Of a stretch of 64,000 nt of DNA, positions 41,440-64,000 are shown piece after piece; positions within the stretch are counted from its first letter, which is position 1, and every line of letters begins with the position of its first letter. The notes under the pieces were generated by a model. That model was given only the letters and a program-made list of their open reading frames with translations. It ran no database searches and was not told the origin of the DNA. The stretch lies in assembly GCF_009914755.1 (NCBI RefSeq), contig NC_060932.1, one strand, 5' to 3'. The stretch comes from the human T2T-CHM13v2.0 reference genome, Homo sapiens. A program made the translations under genes and the position numbers.

Positions 41440-41701
41440 AATGTTTTTTTTAACATCTCTAATTACAACTCACTTTCAGCAAGTTCGTCCTGAAGAGGCA
41501 GCACCAGAGACTACGGTATCTTTGTTGTACGAGCAGTATGCTAATATTGTCCACTAGTATTGTCCATAGTATTGAGCTGCTTCTGAATTAACTCCTTATG
41601 TCAGCCATTCACTTATTAGGAAGCTGCGACTGGTTCATTTGACTTGAAACGTGATTAGAACTGGTGCATCCTGTTACAAACTGCTTATAGATCCAGCGGG
41701 C

Positions 41702-41740
41702 TGTGTGTGTGTGTGTGTCTGTGTGTGTGTGTGTGTGTGT
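41702..41740. repeat. Interrupted (TG)n microsatellite
   Basis: Directly visible. Confidence 0.95.
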
Positions 41741-42180
41741 TTCTGTGTCAGAGGGAGGGAGAGGGAAAGAAGTTTATCAGGCAAATAACAGCAGCCACAG
41801 CGGTAGGACAGAAGACAGTCATCCCAGAGGAAATGGAGCGAGTGTGAGTGCGAGTATGAGAAGTGACTCATTTATCACTCATCTTGGGACGGGAGCAGCC
41901 CCCTTTTTGTGTTCATCTGAAAACCCCCCGACCTGGAGCTTACGATCACGAGCACCAGTATCTCACAGGCTTTTTCGATTCTTGTGTTCTGGTTAACTTG
42001 GAGCACAGCGGTGCCATCAGTACTTTTTGCAAAACTAACCCCCACACACACCCCCGCCGCCCCCGGGTTTTAGCCAGAGAAGTGAGCTGGCAGTGCACGG
42101 ACCAGAAAAAAGAATGGACTTTGAAAAATGAGGGCTGTTTTACTATCATCTTCGCTTTGATGATTTTTTCTTATTTGTTC

Positions 42181-42873
42181 TCAAATAGCCTTTTTGCAAA
42201 TGCCACTGCCACTGCTATCTGGAGGAGCAATGTAAAAGTCACAAAGGAGCCAGAGCTCATAGGACAGCACCATGTCCCTGGAGGATAAGGGACAGGGCCT
42301 CAGTGACCGAAATGGGAGCAACAGTGTAAAGTGGCAGACAGACAACCGAAGGAGATTCCTGGAGATTCCACTTCCCAAGCTAAGCCTCGCAGGCATGACG
42401 CATACTTGTGTTGTTACAGGGTGACGGGACATTTGTGCTCCAGCTTCAAGCAAGCAAGGCAAGGATGCAAACTGAAGAATAGGCGCCAATGTCACAAAAT
42501 GATAAAACAAGCAAACCAAAACCAGAACACCCAGTCCCACTCCAAAAGAAAGAGCTTTCCGAATGGCTGTGTCCCATGCACTTGGTCCACGAGTGAGAGC
42601 TGGGGGGCTCTGCAGTGCGGGGCTTGTCCTAATACTCCCCACCCCTGGCTCCATTTGGTACATATTCAGAGGTTGTAAACTTATTATTGTTTTGAGATGA
42701 AGTTTCGCTGTTGTTGTCCAGGCTGGAGTGCAATGGCGAGATCTCGGCTCACCACAACCTCTGCCTTCTGGGTTCAAGCGATTGTCCTCCGCTTCCCGAG
42801 TAGCTGGGATTACAGGCAGACGCCACCACACCCGGCTAATTTTGTATTTTTGGTAGAGACGGGGTTTCTCCAT
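42181..42873 (-). CDS. C8orf49: 230-aa single-exon ORF with Alu-derived N-terminus and a hydrophobic segment (coding status doubtful)
   Basis: ATG inside an Alu (AAGATGG). Peptide matches my recall of C8orf49, which I believe is now classed as a lncRNA. Downstream AATAAA at 41083-41088 (minus). Confidence 0.55.
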   Translation of the reverse strand: MEKPRLYQKYKISRVWWRLPVIPATREAEDNRLNPEGRGCGEPRSRHCTPAWTTTAKLHLKTIISLQPLNMYQMEPGVGSIRTSPALQSPPALTRGPSAWDTAIRKALSFGVGLGVLVLVCLFYHFVTLAPILQFASLPCLLEAGAQMSRHPVTTQVCVMPARLSLGSGISRNLLRLSVCHFTLLLPFRSLRPCPLSSRDMVLSYELWLLCDFYIAPPDSSGSGICKKAI

Positions 42874-43998
42874 CTTGGTCAGGCTTGTCTCGAACCCCTG
42901 ACCTCAGGTGATCCGCTTGCCTCAGCCTCCTAAAGTGCTGGGATTACAGGCATGAGCCACCGCACCCAGCCTAAACTTATTTTCATTACTGTTAAGCCAA
43001 ACATAATCACAGCATAATCCCAGCTAAAATTAATTTTGTTACTGCTCACCTATCTTAGAGGCATATAAGTCTAATTTTAAAGATAAATGCTCTCCTTAAT
43101 TGTTAAAAGACTTGATGCGGGCTTCAAAAGGTTTTGTTTGTTGTTTGTTTCATTGTTTGAGACAGAGTCTCGCTCTGTTACCCAAGCTGAAGTGTAAGTG
43201 GCATGAGCTCAGCTCACTGCAGTCTTGACCTCCTGGGCTCAAGCGATCCTCCCACAACCTTCTAAGGAGCTGGGATCACAGGGGCACGCCACCATACCCA
43301 GCTAATTTTCTACTTTTTTGTAGAGAGTCCTCCTCTGTTGCCCAGGCTTGTCCTCACCTCCCAGGCTCAAGCAATCCTCCTGCCTTGGCCTCCCAAAATG
43401 CTGGGATTACAGGGGTGAGCCACCGTGCCCAGCCCCACTCCACATACTTTTAAGATGAAGTGGTTAAGCACCCCTGTGGCCTAAGGAGGTGAAGACAAAT
43501 GGATAAAGGAGAGGAACTGCCAGCCTTCTCTCTCATTCTTGTGGGACATAATTTGCCCCTTAGCCTGTTTGGATCAAACCATAAAATGGCAAGAGCTCCT
43601 TGCCCTGGAGGGACACACTTTTAAGTCAGACAGGGCTAGACAGAACATTTTCTTCCAGGTAGATGGAGTCTCTCGCTCCAGACCCTGATGTCTGGAGGAG
43701 AGCTCTAAAAATGCCCTCAGATGGTTGGGAGCGGTGATCCATGCCTATAATCCCAGCACTTTGGGAGGCCAAGGTGGGAGAATTGCTTGAGCCCAGGAGT
43801 TTAACACCAGCCTCAGCAACAAAGCAAGATTCCATCTCTACAAAATAAAAAATTAGCTGGGCATGGTGGTGTGCACCTGGGGTCCCAGCTACTCAAGACA
43901 CAGGCAGGTGGATCGCTTGAGCCAGGTAGGTCCATGATGGCACACAGCACTCCAGCCTGAGCAACAGAGCAAGACCCTGTCTCAATAAATCAATAAAT
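42686..43998. mobile_element. Alus: minus ~42686-42971 (TSD taaacttatt), minus ~43131-43434, plus ~43723-43998
   Basis: Alu dimers. Confidence 0.9.
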
Positions 43999-44289
43999 AC
44001 ATTGAGCAACTTTTGTTGGACCACAAGGAACTTTGTTTATGGATAGGTACAACCCTCTCCCAGGAAATTAAAGCCCAGCGGTGACCCCCATCTAATGTCT
44101 CATGTTAGCAGGGCTGGGATGAGTGTGCTTTTCGGGACCCACTGCTACTTAAAGAGGGAGCATTGGCCAATGGCCAAAAATAAAGTAAGCAGCTGTGAGT
44201 GGGTCAGTGCCTACACGGCCTCAAGATTCCCCGGGAGAGAACAGCAACGCTGAACCTCCCAGTGAAGACCACTAAGGGACGAGGGAAAG

Positions 44290-45811
44290 AGGAATACAGA
44301 TAAATTTATTAGTTAAATACTGATTTTCCAGCCATTTCACCTTAAGACAATGTTAACAGGTTTGTGGGTTAGGGAGGGTATACGAGGGGGCCTTTGGAAG
44401 AAAACAATGTAAATGATGATTAAAACAGAATCTTGGTTCAAAGGTATTCTCTGCTACAGCCAGTAGGATTTTGGAGTGAGGGGTCTGGGCGTGTGGGGAG
44501 GCGTAGTAATGCCACAGTCAGCTACAGCTCTGCTGAGAAAGAGGAAGGAGTCTCCATGAGCTCCAGCATCAGGGGCAGAAACAGCAATGTGCAGAGGAGA
44601 ACGCGGCAGATCCCGGAGCAGCTCAGAGTCGGAGGCTCCCTCCAGGCCCCCCTGCCGTGTCTTAGCAGTCGTCTTCTTTCCAGGAATTCTGTTGTGTTGT
44701 GTTTGTTTGCTTCGAATTCGTGTTGCAGAATCTCTGGCTTTTTGCCTCCTGGACAAAAGACTTCTGCCGGGGCGAGGCTGCAGGTCCTGAGGGACTCTGG
44801 CTGCCATCTGACCAAGGGCTAGGAGGAGCAGACAGACAGCAGGTGGGCCAGCCCTTGGGACACTCCTGCCCCCTGACCAGGACTCTGTCCACTTACACTC
44901 TCCCCAGAAGGACCTCGAGGCTGGGCTGAGTGCTTGCCAGACTGGCTTGAGCAGCAGAACGTTTTGTTCTTACTCAGAACCCCTCTATGTGTGACACGGT
45001 GAACGAAGGGTCTGCAGTGAACTCGAGGGGGTGCCGTTTGGCTAAACTACCCAGCTCTTGTTTTGCCAGGGGAGAGACATGTACAAGCTGCGGGCAGAGC
45101 TGAATCGCTCAGAGCGGGAAGAGGGATTTTTATTTTGAGAGATGTTGGAAGTGAAGGAGCAAAGGCCGGCAGCAGGGGGAAGGCACCTGGGGGAGAAGTT
45201 GCCAGCTGCATTTTGATGAGGCTGCGCTGTGGTGGGTTAAGTGCCCCTCTAGCTCCCCAGGAAGTGTTCAGTCACTTGTGTGTCACACCCCACAATTTTG
45301 GAGTCAGATTTGGTATTAGGGATGCAGGGCGGTGCCATGCCTCAAGCGGATGGATGGGGCAAGGGCCTGTCCCCAGGGGCCCGTCGCATCCAGGTACATG
45401 GCAAACAGATGCCGTCATTCGGGCTGGAGCAGGGGTCCCAGGGCCCGGCCCTCCGCTGGTTCTCAGATCCTCGGTGCTAGAAACACAATGCAAAACCCAC
45501 GGTCTAGGCCACAGTGGGGAACGCAGGGGACAAGGACATCTTGGGAAAGAAGTCTCCAACTCACAGGAGAGATGCAGTGTGCTCGTGCTGAAGGGTGGGC
45601 TCCCTCCAGTCCCATCAGCGTGTAAAGGCATCTGAGAAAATCCAACACCCGCTTCCCCTAACCAGATTGTCGACTTCAAGTTTCTTCCCAGTTGTTGTTC
45701 TGGAGTCATTACCAGGCAGAGGAGGCCGGCCCCTGGGAGCCCAGGGCCTCCTTCTTTGCTATCCTCCAAGTCCCAGGTCCGTGCAGGAATTTGAGGAGGG
45801 AAGAGGGAAGA
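44290..45811 (-). other. GATA4: GATA4 3'UTR
   Basis: Follows TAA at 45812. AATAAA (minus) at 44305-44310. Confidence 0.88.
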
Positions 45812-46075
<264 letters not shown>

Positions 46076-47134
46076 CTATGCAGATGTCCCCAGGATGGCT
46101 TCAGCCCTCAGGAAGGGACCAAGGAGCACTTCTCTCTGTTTCTCCTGATCCCGGTGATCTAGGCATGAAGGGTCTGGGTGATGCATCAGCTGCTTCTGAG
46201 CACAGTATACAACCAGGGCTATGACCCGGTGGCCCTGTGGATACTGTGGTTGCCCAGAAGGCTCTGATGGTTACAGGAGACACTTTCTACCATCCTATCA
46301 CCACCACATCCACTTTCCAACAAAGAAGCCGTCCACCCGGCCCAGAAGGGGCTCCTGGTGCCCCTGGTTCTGTGGGATCAGGTTCTCCCAGACAATAAGA
46401 AGCTCACTAAGACACGGCCTCCTTCAGTTAAGAGCAGAGACGAGATAACAGCCAGGGCTGGTCAAAGGAGACCGTGATCAAGCTTGGTGCATCCTGGTCC
46501 CAAGAGAGGGAACTGCAGAGGGGAGGAGGCAGGGAGGCCGAGACGCCATCGTCCTCCGCCAGAGGGAACATGGGCTGCCCCAGGGCGTCCCCTGACACAC
46601 GTGCAGAGCTGGGTCTCATGAAAGTGGCATCCTGCCTGTGACCTCCCCACCAGCCTGCCCTGCCTGCCCTCTGCAGGATCCAGGCCTTTCCCCATGCCAG
46701 CTTCCTCCTCCTTCCCCACCCTCCCTGTTGAAGTCTAACCTCCCTGCACGTAGGAGGCAGACTTGCCTAGAGAACCTCCGCTCGGCCTCCGACAGCGGAA
46801 CCACGCCTCCCCTCGCCCCAGCACGCAGTCTCATTCAGGTTGTACTTCTGTGTTGTTTTCCGCCCCTGCCACCCATGCTGTATGCCAGCCCTGGACTCCC
46901 CTCTCTTTGTTTCCAAAGATGATGGCATAGAGGAGCTGTTAAAAAATTGTGAGTCACAGTCATGTCCACATCACCATCTTGATAAGATGTCCTGAAATAC
47001 AGCCCGATGCAGATGCCCCTAGCCTCGTGCGGCCCTGAGGGCACCACACAGCTCAATGGCTGGGTCTTCCTAGCGCAGAGGGTAGCTCACTGCTTGCACC
47101 TGTGAGGCCTGGCTGCAAGTCCCACCCAGTACTA

Positions 47135-47368
<234 letters not shown>

Positions 47369-49133
47369 TCAGCACACCCAAATCAGCGGCAGGGACAAAC
47401 GAACAGCCGGCAGCCTGCGAGACAGCCGGGATGGGTGCAAGCTAATGGCTTTATCTACATTTGCCGGGGACAGCAGCAGGGGTCCTTATCTGCGGAGGGC
47501 TACAGTTCTCACAGGGATGGCTTCTTCCCCCATCTCATCTCAAACCCTTGAGGCCACGTGTGTTTCAGGATTCAAAACTTTTTAAAAAAAGATTCTTCCT
47601 CATTCAACTTGAAGATTCAAATTTTTAAAAATCCAAATACTGTGTATTATTACAGAATACCTCCAGCAGGGCCTGAGATAATACTCTGTAATGAAATACA
47701 ATAATATCCCCACAGCAAAACACGTGAATATCATACTGAATGGAGTAAACAGAGACTATCAACAGCCTAGTGTCTGTTCAAAATAGGTTTTGCTGCCGAA
47801 TCTTGCTTCCTGGATTTGGAATTTTGGACTGGGAATCGTGCGCCTGAACCGTATGTCTTCTCTATCTGTGATTGCTACGTGAGAGGAAATAAGGTTACCC
47901 AGGGGACATAGGGGACTCGTCAGCAGTAGGGAAGCAGGAGGAGAGGTGGAAGACCACAGGTGTGAGACACTGAAAATTCCAGTAGGAAATATGCCTGCCA
48001 GAAGGGATAAGCCATGGTTGAATGTACAAAAGCAGAACTTTGATCATGTTCTTGGTAGTGGAAAGGGCCCATTTATCTGACTCTGTCATGCCTTAGGTTA
48101 GAAGATAAATTTTTCGTCAGATCAGCCAATTCATTTTCTCTGTGACTGCAGCACCGACCAGTCAAATCTTTAACTGGGTAGCAGTACTGAGTGAGGAATG
48201 TTTTGGTAGGGAACATAAACGTATTAAAGAACAGCCGTTGTTCTGTCAGAAATTTATATATAATTTTATAAATAAATCTAATTTAAATTTAATAAATAGT
48301 TAATATATTTATTAAAAATAAATTTAAAAAAGAACAGCCCTCGTTCTTTTTAAATGTATTTCTTTTTTTTTTTTTTTAAAGACAGGGTCTTGCTCTGCTC
48401 TCCAGGCTGAAGTGCAGTGGCACGATCATAGGTCACTGCAGCCTCAAACTTTTGAGCAGCCCTTATTCTTAATCTAGAAATTAAGAAGGCAGAGTGGTAT
48501 ATTGAAGAGAACATTGACCCAGAAGCAGAAAAACTTGGGTTTTAATTCTCTACCCATTAACAGCTGTATGACCCTCGTTAAATCATTGTCCTCTATGAGC
48601 CTCAGTTTGCTTGTTAGTAAAATGGGGTCATAAACTGGTTCTCATGGAGTCTTACTTTCATGGAGATAATATTTCTGAAGGGGCTTTCTAAAGCACAAAG
48701 CACTGCATGATGTTAATTATACATTGGCTTAGAGATCAATCTGTTAGGGACATGATTAATTGGACCCTGCCCTCCTGGATCCCCGTTAGCCCAAAGAGAA
48801 TTGAAAGGAACTGAGCTTTTGGGTGGCTGCAGCGCCAAAGATGAAAGGACCGAGTAAAGTTCCTCTGTCCTGCAGGACCTCGGCTGGTCCAGCCTGAGCA
48901 CTGGGTCTTTGCAGTCGGCAATGATCAGGCCCCAGCTTGAGTTGAGCCTGCTTCGAAAGCTCCCAACACGTTCCATGGCAATTGTTACTTTTTTGCTGGG
49001 CTCTTCATCCTGTCCTGAAAGGCCAGGGATGTCCGATGCTGTCACCACCCCCTGGCGGCCCGGGCTGGCCTGCCTAACCCGGAAGATATGATTCTTATGC
49101 ACTCTGAGGGCTCCTGATGTACTCATATAATCA

Positions 49134-49334
<201 letters not shown>

Positions 49335-49769
49335 CTAAGCAATCTCTCCACAAAGCCTGGGGCCCAGACGGGCTGCACAGGCCCCTGGAACTCAGCGAGA
49401 AAGAAATCAATTCCGTTTTTAAAAAACTTATCGAGCACCTGTGTGATGTGATGGCTACTTTACTAGAGCCTGGAGAATAGAGAACTAAAGACACACAGTT
49501 CCTACCCTCAGAAATTGACAGACAAGGAGAAATAACCAGACTCTGGTCGGTGATGTAAAAAGACAGAGAAACACTAAACTCTGTCCTGGGGTGAGGAGTG
49601 GGAAGGAGGGGCACGTGAGGATATCAAGGAAGGCTTCAGTGTGGAGGTGACACCTGAGTTTGTAAAAGGTTTTGAGTAGACAGAGGCAGGCATTTCAGGC
49701 AGCAGAGACAGACTGTTCAAAAGCCTTTATCATCCACACAAGGACCCTGAAAACAAAAAGTGGGTGCTA

Positions 49770-50056
49770 GGCCAGGCACAGTGGCTCATGCCTGTAATCC
49801 CAGCACTTTGGGTGGCCGAGGTGGGAGGACTGCTTGAGCCCAGGAGTTCGAGACCATCCTTGGCAACATAGTGAGACCCCATCTCTACAAAAAAGTTTTA
49901 AAATTAGCTGGGCACGGTGCTGCATGCCTGCAGTCCCAGCTACTCAGAAGGCTGAGATAGGAGGATCCCTTGAACCCAGGAAGTCGAGGCTCCAGCAAGC
50001 CGTGATCGTGCCACTGCACTCCAGCCTGGGTGGTGGAGCAAGGCCCTATCTTCAAA
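49770..50056 (+). mobile_element. Alu (J-like)
   Basis: Alu dimer. Confidence 0.92.
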
Positions 50057-50779
50057 AGGTGTGAGGGTGCAGCGGTGCTATCAATTATTGTGCTGGGAAA
50101 ATTGGCCTCAACAGCAACAGTCCCAGTGAGTTGAGATGTAACATCACTCTACTTATTGCAGCTCTGTACTGCATTGGGTCTGGCTGGAGCCATTGGTGCT
50201 TCTGTGAATGGTGGGGAGCAGTAAGAGACTATGCTAGAGACTGCCCTGTGACCAGGTTCTGAGATAAAATGTCCCTGGACAACACTTTGACCACAGTTCT
50301 GTTGGGAGGCAGGCCCCAGAGCCATTCACAGATGCCTAAGCCAGTCCTGGGGAGCAGGACTGCAGGGTGCCTTCCCCACATCTGGTTTCTCTTAGGCTGA
50401 GCCAAATCTTTTAGCCCCTTTTCTATGCTGTGCTTGTCTACCATGTGGGATTGATAAAGGCCACACCTGCAAATACAGAAAGAAAAGCAATTACTGCTTC
50501 AGAGACATGAACACGCAATGGTTAAGCGAGAAATGCACCAGCATATGTGAACTTGAACTGGCCTCCTATTTAACTGTGGGTAGATGGGGCGGCACTTGCA
50601 CCCCCCGACCCCACCATCTGCACATCTCTCTGTGACTCTACACCCAGACCCCTATTTCCCACCTTGTGGAAGGGTGTCCTCCCCCACCCCATCCCCCTAG
50701 CTATGCCTCAAATGTTCAAACCCATTCTGGCCTCAGAAGAATCTCCCCCTCATGTTAATCTCCATTCACTTAGGTATGC

Positions 50780-53830
<3,051 letters not shown>

Positions 53831-53967
53831 TACACATAAATGTAGCCTGCTCATCTGTAAAACGGAAAATTCACTTATACAATGTAAAGGACGGAAGAGG
53901 CCAGCAAAGTAGTTGAAAGCCCCTTCCAAATCTAAGTCTCTTTGTTAAGAAGGAAAAATGAATGCTA

Positions 53968-54285
<318 letters not shown>

Positions 54286-55124
54286 CTAACGACCCTGCAT
54301 GAGATCTCTGACCTGTGACGGCACCTAACTCTCCTGTCACCTGCGCCACTGCGAGGAATAAATCAGAACAAGGTTTCTGCTGCCCGAGGAGAGCGAATGT
54401 GGGCATCGAGACCTGGTTTCCGGTCCTAACCATCATTCACCATCAGGCGAATAACCAGTGAGCGCCGGGCACTGCCGGCAGGAAAGCTTCTCCTGAGAGG
54501 AGAACTGACCGGGGCTGCAGGTGCCGGGGGCAGGCAGAGAGTGAGGAATCACGGTGTCCAAATGGTATCAAAGTCTGAATGGCCCTGGGACCTCAAGAAA
54601 GGGAGGCACCAGGTTTATCCCCTCTGTTCTTCCCTCCTTAATATAGTGCAAGCTGGTTGGTGTTGACCAGAATCAAATTATATTAAAAAGGAGCAGGAAG
54701 CCAGGAGCCAAGCCCCAGGCCCAAACTCTTCCCTAGCCACGGGGCCCAACACAAGCTGCTTGCACTTCTGGGCTTTGGGATTTATCAACTGATCAACTGA
54801 GGTCAGGGTAGAGACCAGCCTCTGAGGTGACCTTCCTTGCAGGGTTGGTGTGGGTGGAGGAGACACTCCAGTCAACACTGGACTGGGAACCAGGAAACCT
54901 GGATTCTGGTTCCAGAGTTCTAGATGGGAGACTCAGTACCTGAGTGGCTGTGGGCAAGGCCACTAGCTTTTCTGAGCCTCACTTTCAGTTTCTGTGTGCC
55001 GAAGAGGTTGAACTAGACAGCCTGGATCATTCTGGTGGCTCCAGCTAACTCTAAAGTTGTGAGAATTATTATGGGGCTCTCACCCACGTAATCCCCGATG
55101 CACACCCTCAAGTTCCAAAATTCA

Positions 55125-55526
<402 letters not shown>

Positions 55527-55875
55527 TCAGCCCCTGCTCCCTAATCCCAGACACTGAGAGTTCCCCTGAGCACGAGAAGAGGAAAAAGTTGCAGTGATCA
55601 CCCACGTCCTGGGCTGGGAGGCGGGACACCTGGATTTCAGTCCAGGTATCACATTCAGAGCCTCCAGCCCTAGGCCTCTCACCTCACACTGAGGTCCACG
55701 CAAACCTTGCTCTCTCTTTTTCCCTTTCAAAGTTAGTAAGATTACTTTTCCTTTTGCATAAAGATATAATAAATATTTACCTTAGGAAAATTAGTGCCAA
55801 AATATATAAAGAAAATCCAGATTGTCACTAATGTTTTGAGCATTTGGTTCTATTGTATCCTTTGTAAGACTGTAT

Positions 55876-63586
<7,711 letters not shown>

Positions 63587-64000
63587 CTACATTTCTATTT
63601 GAAAACTCTCCCGAATGGCAGCATTTTGCCCCTATACCAATACATTTTTTACAAAGACTGTCTTGCCAGCTGTCACCCTCAGGTGAAAGAACTATGGAGT
63701 TTTCATGGGGGCCTCCATGTGGGAAGCTACGATCAGTCCCAGAGTGGAGGGGCCTGGGCCTCCCAGCTGCTGTGTTTGCAGGGACCCTGCCCAGCAGTCC
63801 CCACCCCGAAACCTGGGACAAGGTTCTCCTCTTTGTGCCGTCCGCCTCCCCGGATTAATATGGGAGCCCTGTGACCTACCATACAAAATGGGACACTTCT
63901 GAGGGGAGGGGGCATATTACTAATTATTCTGAAAGCACAGTCTTCACACCAGGGTGTGTGGCCACCCTCTGCAGACCTCACTGTGAGACCTGCATCCGTG

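Noticed and set aside
44433-45769. ORFs of 100-190 aa
   Set aside because: They lie in or antisense to the GATA4 3'UTR, mostly with non-ATG starts and no recognisable domain.
47520-47850. Possible ancient Tigger-like DNA transposon in GATA4 intron 5
   Set aside because: The resemblance is too faint to name or delimit without a search.
48228-48244. Glucocorticoid/androgen response element-like AGAACA...TGTTCT
   Set aside because: The spacer is 5 nt, not the required 3.

Overview
Human (8p23.1-type) genomic DNA. All genes lie on the minus strand. In window order they are: FDFT1 first coding exon and sterol-regulated CpG-island promoter (~1.0-2.1 kb); a nested retroelement block and a solo LTR12 pointing at FDFT1 (3.3-9.7 kb); a full-length processed copy of SUB1/PC4 with an uninterrupted 127-aa ORF, poly(A) and target-site duplication (11.0-14.4 kb); the complete NEIL2 gene (four coding exons, 332 aa, ~17.0-34.6 kb); the Alu-initiated 230-aa ORF C8orf49 (42.2-42.9 kb); and GATA4 exons 3-7 with the 3'UTR (44.3-55.4 kb) plus part of intron 2. 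Exon boundaries were read from GT/AG signals and frame continuity. Gene and repeat-family names come from recall, not from a database search. I found no CRISPR array, RNA gene or self-contained novel system. The best leads are regulatory or evolutionary: an LTR12 promoter upstream of FDFT1 with an A20 insertion in its core promoter, a UG-rich minisatellite abutting the NEIL2 exon-4 acceptor, the intact PC4 retro-ORF downstream of NEIL2, and the Alu-born membrane-like ORF downstream of GATA4.
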